A stretch of DNA of 63,750 nucleotides, filler included, from Sandaracinaceae bacterium (lineage in GTDB: Bacteria; Myxococcota_A; Polyangia; Polyangiales; JADJQN01): assembly GCA_947483975.1 (NCBI GenBank). It is 3 parts of 3 records of this genome, joined end to end, with 100 filler letters (N's around TTAATTAATTAA, not from the genome) between each part and the next. Parts side by side here need not be neighbours in the genome. Positions count along the whole stretch, not along the records: positions 43,094 to 63,750 come from CANKOL010000051.1; 2 more parts are not named here. One strand, 5' to 3'. Positions within the stretch are counted from its first letter, which is position 1, and every line of letters begins with the position of its first letter. The notes under the pieces are model-generated. The model was not told the DNA's origin, did not search any database, and saw only the letters and a list, made by a program, of their open reading frames with translations. Both the position numbers and the translations under genes were made by a program. Positions 57,524-63,750 of this stretch are shown here, piece after piece.

Positions 57524-59560
57524 ATGCTCGGCATTTCAAATCTAGGTAAGTCGTTCGGCGGTCGCACTCTCTTCGAGAGCGTCTCGGTGCAGCTCAACGC
57601 GGGGTCGCGCTATGGCCTCGTCGGCGCGAACGGCTCGGGCAAGACGACCTTGCTCAAGATCCTCGCGGGCGACGAGCCGGCGACGGAGGGCACGTTCTCC
57701 CTGCAAAAGGGCGCGCGCATGGGCGTGCTGCGGCAGGACCGCTTCCTCGACGACGCGATGCCGATCCTCGACGTCGCGATGCAGGGCGACGAGGCGGTGC
57801 ATCGGGCGCTCCGCAAGATGCAGTCGCATCCCGAGGAGGCGCACGAGCTCGAGGAGTTCGTGCGGCAGAACGAGGGCTACACGCTCGAGGCGCGCGCGAG
57901 CTCCGTGCTCGAGGGGCTCGGCATCCCGGTGCCGCTCCACCGGAACGCGCTCGGGACTTTGTCGGGCGGCTTCAAGCTGCGCGTGCTGCTCGCGCAGGTG
58001 CTGCTCGGTCGCCCGGACCTGCTGCTCCTCGACGAGCCGACCAACCACCTCGACATCCTCTCGATCCGCTGGCTCGAGAAATTCCTCGCGAAATACGAGG
58101 GTTGCGCGGTCGTCATCTCGCACGACCAGCGCTTCCTCGACAACGTCTCGAGCCACATCCTCGACGTCGACTACGGCACGCTGACGCTCTACCACGGCAA
58201 CTTCACGCGCTTTCTCGTGCAGAAAGAGGAGACCCGCACCCGCAAGGAGGGCGAGCTCGCGCGCATGGAGAAGATCGTCGAGGAGAAGAAGGCGTTCGTC
58301 GCGCGCTTCAAGGCCAAGGCGACCAAGGCGCGGCAGGCGCAGAGCCGACAGAAGCAGCTCGAGAAGATCGAAGACAAGATGGAGGACGTGCCCGAGAGCT
58401 CGCGGCGCACTCCGCACTTCAGCTTCACGCCGCTGCGGCAGAGCGGGCGCGAGGTGCTGACGGTCGAGCACGTCAGCAAGGCGTACGGCGACAAGCGCGT
58501 GCTGACCGACGTCTCGCTGACGGTGCGCCGCGGCGAGAAGGTCGCGGTCATCGGGCCGAACGGGCTCGGCAAGTCCACGCTGTTGAAGATCATCGTCGGC
58601 GCGCTCGAGGCCGACCAGGGCAAGGTCGAGTGGGGGCACGAGACGCGCGTCGGCTACTTCGCGCAGGACCACCACGAGATCCTCAAGGACACGAAGTCGA
58701 CGCCGCTCCAGTTCATCGAGCAGGCGGTGCCGATGGAGCCGACCGCCTGGGTGCGCGGTCAGCTCGGGCGCGTGCTCTTCTCGCGGGACGACGTGATGAA
58801 GCCCGTCGGCAAGCTCTCGGGCGGCGAGGCGGCGCGCCTGATCTTCTGCCGCTTGGCCGTCGAGAAGCCGAACGTGCTCGTGCTCGACGAGCCGACCAAC
58901 CACCTCGACATGGAGGCGATCGGCGCGCTCGCCGACGCGGTCCGCTCCTACACGGGCACGGTCGTCTTCGTCTCGCACGATCGCTGGTTCGTCAGCGAGC
59001 TCGCGACGCGCGTCGTCGAGATCACCGCGGAGGGTCCGCGCGACTTCCCCGGCTCGTACGCCGAATACCTCGCCCGGCTCGGCGACGATCACCTCGACGC
59101 GGACGTCGTCGTCTCGCGCGCGAAGGCGGAGAAGCGCAGCAAGGACGACGCCGCGCCCGCGAGCCAGAGCAGCGCGCCGAAGCCGAGCAGCCTCGCGCCG
59201 CCGAGGCCCGCCGCGCCGCAGAACGCGCCGAGCACGCCGCCCGCGTCCAGCGCGCCGAAGTCCGCGCCGCCCAAGCCCGCGCAGCCCAACCTCTCCTGGG
59301 AGGAACAGAAGCGCCGCAAGAACCGCGCGAAGGCGCTGCCGAAGGAGCGCGACGACCTCCTCGCGCAGATCGACAAGCTCGAGGCGCGCAAGAAGGAGAT
59401 CGAGCAGCTCTACGCGAACGCGGACTTCTCGGAGAAGCACACGCCGCAGCAAGTTCGTGGGCTGCAATACGAAGAGGCCGACCTCGCCCGGTCGCTCGAG
59501 GCGCTCGTGCAGAAATGGGAGAAGGTCGAAGAGGAGCTCGCGGCGCTCGGCGCGGACTGA
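57524..59560 (+). CDS. ABC-F family ATPase with C-terminal coiled coil
   Basis: Two NBDs (GANGSGKT, LSGG, DEPTNHLD; GPNGLGKS, LSGGE, DEPTNHLD), no TM; start 57524. Confidence 0.93.
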   Translation: MLGISNLGKSFGGRTLFESVSVQLNAGSRYGLVGANGSGKTTLLKILAGDEPATEGTFSLQKGARMGVLRQDRFLDDAMPILDVAMQGDEAVHRALRKMQSHPEEAHELEEFVRQNEGYTLEARASSVLEGLGIPVPLHRNALGTLSGGFKLRVLLAQVLLGRPDLLLLDEPTNHLDILSIRWLEKFLAKYEGCAVVISHDQRFLDNVSSHILDVDYGTLTLYHGNFTRFLVQKEETRTRKEGELARMEKIVEEKKAFVARFKAKATKARQAQSRQKQLEKIEDKMEDVPESSRRTPHFSFTPLRQSGREVLTVEHVSKAYGDKRVLTDVSLTVRRGEKVAVIGPNGLGKSTLLKIIVGALEADQGKVEWGHETRVGYFAQDHHEILKDTKSTPLQFIEQAVPMEPTAWVRGQLGRVLFSRDDVMKPVGKLSGGEAARLIFCRLAVEKPNVLVLDEPTNHLDMEAIGALADAVRSYTGTVVFVSHDRWFVSELATRVVEITAEGPRDFPGSYAEYLARLGDDHLDADVVVSRAKAEKRSKDDAAPASQSSAPKPSSLAPPRPAAPQNAPSTPPASSAPKSAPPKPAQPNLSWEEQKRRKNRAKALPKERDDLLAQIDKLEARKKEIEQLYANADFSEKHTPQQVRGLQYEEADLARSLEALVQKWEKVEEELAALGAD

Positions 59561-59637
59561 GCGCGCTCGACCGCTGCGCGTCGGGCGCGGCCTTTGGGGG
59601 CCTTTACGGGCGCGGCCGCCGCGCCTATGTAGGGGCC

Positions 59638-60879
59638 ATGCACAAGAACCCCGCTGCTCGTGCCTCGTTGATCGCTGCGCTCGCCCTCGCGCTCGCGGCG
59701 CCCGCCCTCTCGGCTTGTGGCTCGAAGTCCGAGACGCCCGCCGCGCCCGCGGTCCCTGCCGCGCCCGCGACGCCGCCCGCGCCCGTCGCGGAGCCGCTCG
59801 TCGCGCTCACCTCGCCGGTGAACCTCGACGTCGCCAAGGTCGCGCTCGGGCGGCGGCTCTTCCATGACCCGCTGCTCTCGGGCGACGGCACGATCAGCTG
59901 CTCGAGCTGCCACTCGCTCGACACCGGCGGCGCCGAGCATCGCGCGACCTCGATCGGCATCGGCGGGCACGTCGGCCCGATCAACTCGCCGACCGTCCTC
60001 AACGCCGCCCGCAACTTCGTGCAGTTCTGGGATGGGCGCGCGCCGACGCTCGACGCGCAGGCCGCCGGCCCGATCGGCAATCCGGGCGAGATGGGCTCGA
60101 CGGTCGAGGCCGCGGTCGAGGCGCTCAAGACGAAGCCCGAGTACGTCGCGCTCTTCGCGGCGGCGTACCCCGACGGCATCAACCCGACGAACCTGACGAA
60201 CGCGATCGCGGAGTACGAGCGCTCGCTGATCACGGTGTCGCCGTTCGACAAGTTCCTCCACGGCAACCAGACCGCGATCTCCGAGCAGGCCAAGCGCGGC
60301 TACGCGACGTTCAAGTCGATCGGCTGCACCGCTTGCCACACGGGCGAGAACATCGGCGGCTCGATGTACCAGAAGATGGGCCTCGTCCGGAACTACTTCG
60401 AGCTGCGCGGCACGCCGCTGACCGAGGCGGACAACGGCCGCTTCAACGTCACGCACGCCGAGGGCGACCGGCACATGTTCAAGGTGCCGACGCTGCGCAA
60501 CATCGCGCTGACGGCGCCGTACTTCCACGACGGCTCGCAGGCGGCGCTGCCTGCGGCGGTGAAGGTGATGGCGCGCGTGCAGCTCGGCCTCGAGCTCACG
60601 GACGCGCAGCTCGGCGACCTCGTCGCCTTCCTCGAGTCGCTGACCGGCGAGCTTCCCGCGAGCGCGCGCCCGACCCCCGAGGAGCTTCACCCGGTCGCGG
60701 CCCCGCCAGCGGACGGGCCCACGCAGGGGCACTCCGGGACGTCCGCGGTCGACAGCGCCGGGCCGAACGGCGGCGCGCGCAGCGGGATCTCGGGCTTCAG
60801 CGGGCTCGGTGCAGCCCACGCCCCGGTCGCGGTCGGCGGCATGAACTTCGGCGCCAACGGCGCCGTCGCCGGCTCCTGA
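59638..60879 (+). CDS. Diheme cytochrome c peroxidase lipoprotein
   Basis: Lipobox [40 protein letters not shown]; start 59638. Confidence 0.92.
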   Translation: MHKNPAARASLIAALALALAAPALSACGSKSETPAAPAVPAAPATPPAPVAEPLVALTSPVNLDVAKVALGRRLFHDPLLSGDGTISCSSCHSLDTGGAEHRATSIGIGGHVGPINSPTVLNAARNFVQFWDGRAPTLDAQAAGPIGNPGEMGSTVEAAVEALKTKPEYVALFAAAYPDGINPTNLTNAIAEYERSLITVSPFDKFLHGNQTAISEQAKRGYATFKSIGCTACHTGENIGGSMYQKMGLVRNYFELRGTPLTEADNGRFNVTHAEGDRHMFKVPTLRNIALTAPYFHDGSQAALPAAVKVMARVQLGLELTDAQLGDLVAFLESLTGELPASARPTPEELHPVAAPPADGPTQGHSGTSAVDSAGPNGGARSGISGFSGLGAAHAPVAVGGMNFGANGAVAGS

Positions 60880-60973
60880 CCCATCGCGGGACGGCGCGAC
60901 GCAGCGCGTCGTGAGCGGGATGACGCACGGAACGGGATGGCACGCGCGGGGGGCCGCGCGTATCCTCGCGCCC

Positions 60974-62166
<1,193 letters not shown>

Positions 62167-62170
<4 letters not shown>

Positions 62171-63201
62171 AGGCACTCGTCAAAGCAAAGAAGGAAGTCG
62201 GTCTCTGGATGCAGGACGTCCCCGTGCCCGAGGTCGGGCACAACGACGTGCTGGTCAAGGTGCATCGGACCGCGATCTGCGGCACCGACGTGCACATCTG
62301 GAACTGGGATGAGTGGTCGCAGCGCACCATCCCCGTGCCGATGACCGTCGGGCACGAGTTCATGGGCGTGATCGCGGAGCTCGGCAGCGAGGTGCGCGGG
62401 CTCGAGATCGGGCAGCGCGTCAGCGGCGAGGGGCACGTCACCTGCGGGCACTGCCGCAACTGCCGCGCCGGCAAGCGGCACCTCTGCCGCAACACGATCG
62501 GCCTCGGCGTCAACCGCACGGGCTCGTTCGCGGAGTACGTCAGCCTGCCCGCGGTCAACATCTTCCCGCTGCCGGACGCGGTCACCGACGACATCGCGAG
62601 CTACCTCGATCCGCTCGGCAACGCCGTGCACACGGCGCTCTCGTTCGACCTCGTCGGCGAGGATGTGCTGATCACGGGCGCGGGACCGATCGGCGTGATG
62701 GCCGCGTCGGTCGCGCGCTTCGCCGGCGCGCGGCACGTCGTCGTGACGGACGTGAACGAGTACCGGCTCGCGCTCGCGACGAAGATGGGCGCGACGCGCG
62801 CGGTCAACGTGCAGAAGCAGTCCGTCCGCGACGTGATGGAAGAGCTCCACATGGCCGAGGGCTTCGACGTCGGGCTCGAGATGAGCGGCAACGGCGAGGC
62901 GTTCCGCGGGATGCTCGACGTGATGAACCACGGCGGGCGCGTCGCGATCCTCGGCATCCCGTCGAAGGACAGCGCGATCGACTGGAATCAGGTGATCTTC
63001 AAGGGCCTGCACCTCAAGGGCGTGTACGGCCGCGAGATGTTCGAGACCTGGTACAAGATGGCCGCGATGATCCAGAGCGGCCTCGACGTGACGCCCGCGC
63101 TCACGCACCGCTTCGCCGCCGCGGACTTCGCGCAGGGCTTCGAGGTCATGCGCACGGGGCAGTCTGGTAAGGTCGTGCTCGACTGGACGAACGTTCGCTA
63201 G
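62167..63201 (+). CDS. tdh: L-threonine 3-dehydrogenase
   Basis: [46 protein letters not shown]. Confidence 0.96.
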
Positions 63202-63247
63202 CGGCGACGTTCGCTCGACGATCCGTCTCTTCAAGGGGATTCTTCCA

Positions 63248-63750
63248 ATGACGTACACGCGGCTCCTCACGATGGTTGGGCTCGCGGTGTGCGCGCTCGC
63301 GGCGGGTTGCAGTGACTCGCACGCGACCGAGACGGACGGCGGCGGGGTCCTCGGCGATGCGTTCCCCGGCGATGGGCCCGGGTTCGACGGCGCGCCGTGG
63401 GACCCGGACGCGACGGTCCTGGGCGACGGCGGCGACTGGACCGACGCGGCGCCTCCGGTCGACTCCGGGCCCGCGGAGGCGTGCGGGACGCCAGGCGCGT
63501 TCGAGACGGTGCCCTGCGAGGGCTGCGGCACGACCGATCGGTTCTGCACGTCCGCGCGTGTGTGGGAGTACGCGGCCTGCACGCTCCCGCCGGACGCGGT
63601 CTGCACGCCGGGCGACATCGGCTCGACGGCGTGCGGCGCGATGTGCGGCACGCAGACGGCCCGCTGCGACACGGCCTGTCATTGGATCGGCTCGGGCGCG
63701 TGCGGCGGCGGCGGCGTGTGCGCGCCGGGCACGGCCGAGCGCACCGCGAG
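63248..63750 (+). CDS. Cys-rich lipoprotein, 3'-truncated by the window end (absent from the ORF track)
   Basis: MTYTRLLTMVGLAVCALAAGC lipobox, DG-rich linker, C.PG.....C..CG....C repeats. Confidence 0.75.
   Translation, partial: MTYTRLLTMVGLAVCALAAGCSDSHATETDGGGVLGDAFPGDGPGFDGAPWDPDATVLGDGGDWTDAAPPVDSGPAEACGTPGAFETVPCEGCGTTDRFCTSARVWEYAACTLPPDAVCTPGDIGSTACGAMCGTQTARCDTACHWIGSGACGGGGVCAPGTAERTA

Noticed and set aside
58102..60879. 925-aa peroxidase fusion (and similar N-terminal extensions of dus, gltX, DGC, MoxR)
   Set aside because: The extensions overlap other genes or non-coding DNA; the real starts are downstream
59638..60879. MauG/MbnH-type specialised peroxidase system
   Set aside because: No partner mau/mbn genes nearby; the sequence looks like a standard diheme peroxidase

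Overview
Very GC-rich DNA of a probable myxobacterium (Myxococcota, Polyangiales-like; inferred from a Tgl-like TPR lipoprotein and many Cys-rich lipoproteins). The window is three contigs (1-21818, 21919-42993, 43094-63750) joined by artificial N-TTAATTAATTAA-N spacers, so adjacency across the gaps is not biological. Contig 1: a PlsB-like acyltransferase / degenerate GpsA / Fe-ADH operon, dus, MATE, a FIST (NosP-like) sensor with a soluble hybrid kinase and an output-less receiver, oppDF-like ATPases, TPMT, pirin, Crp, tgl-like, rodZ-like and recO. Contig 2: Cys-rich lipoproteins, GT2, CPBP protease, gltX and the most notable locus, hypB'FCDE followed by a tightly coupled operon encoding a cytoplasmic HupUV-like (group 2c-like) [NiFe]-hydrogenase, its maturation protease, a GAF-HK-2REC-Hpt kinase and a REC-GGDEF cyclase. 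This is a candidate complete H2 to phosphorelay to c-di-GMP pathway. Contig 3: an unknown helical protein preceded by a 41/42-bp hairpin repeat array with a tRNA T-loop-like core; a ~2.9-kb cassette (HigBA-like TA, beta-barrel-like gene, IS91-like remnant, dif-like site) bounded by a 110-bp duplication of the 5' end of a MoxR-VWA operon; then wbpB-like, gcvP, hydrolases, ABC-F, diheme peroxidase, kbl-tdh. All calls come from reading motifs by eye; no database search was run.
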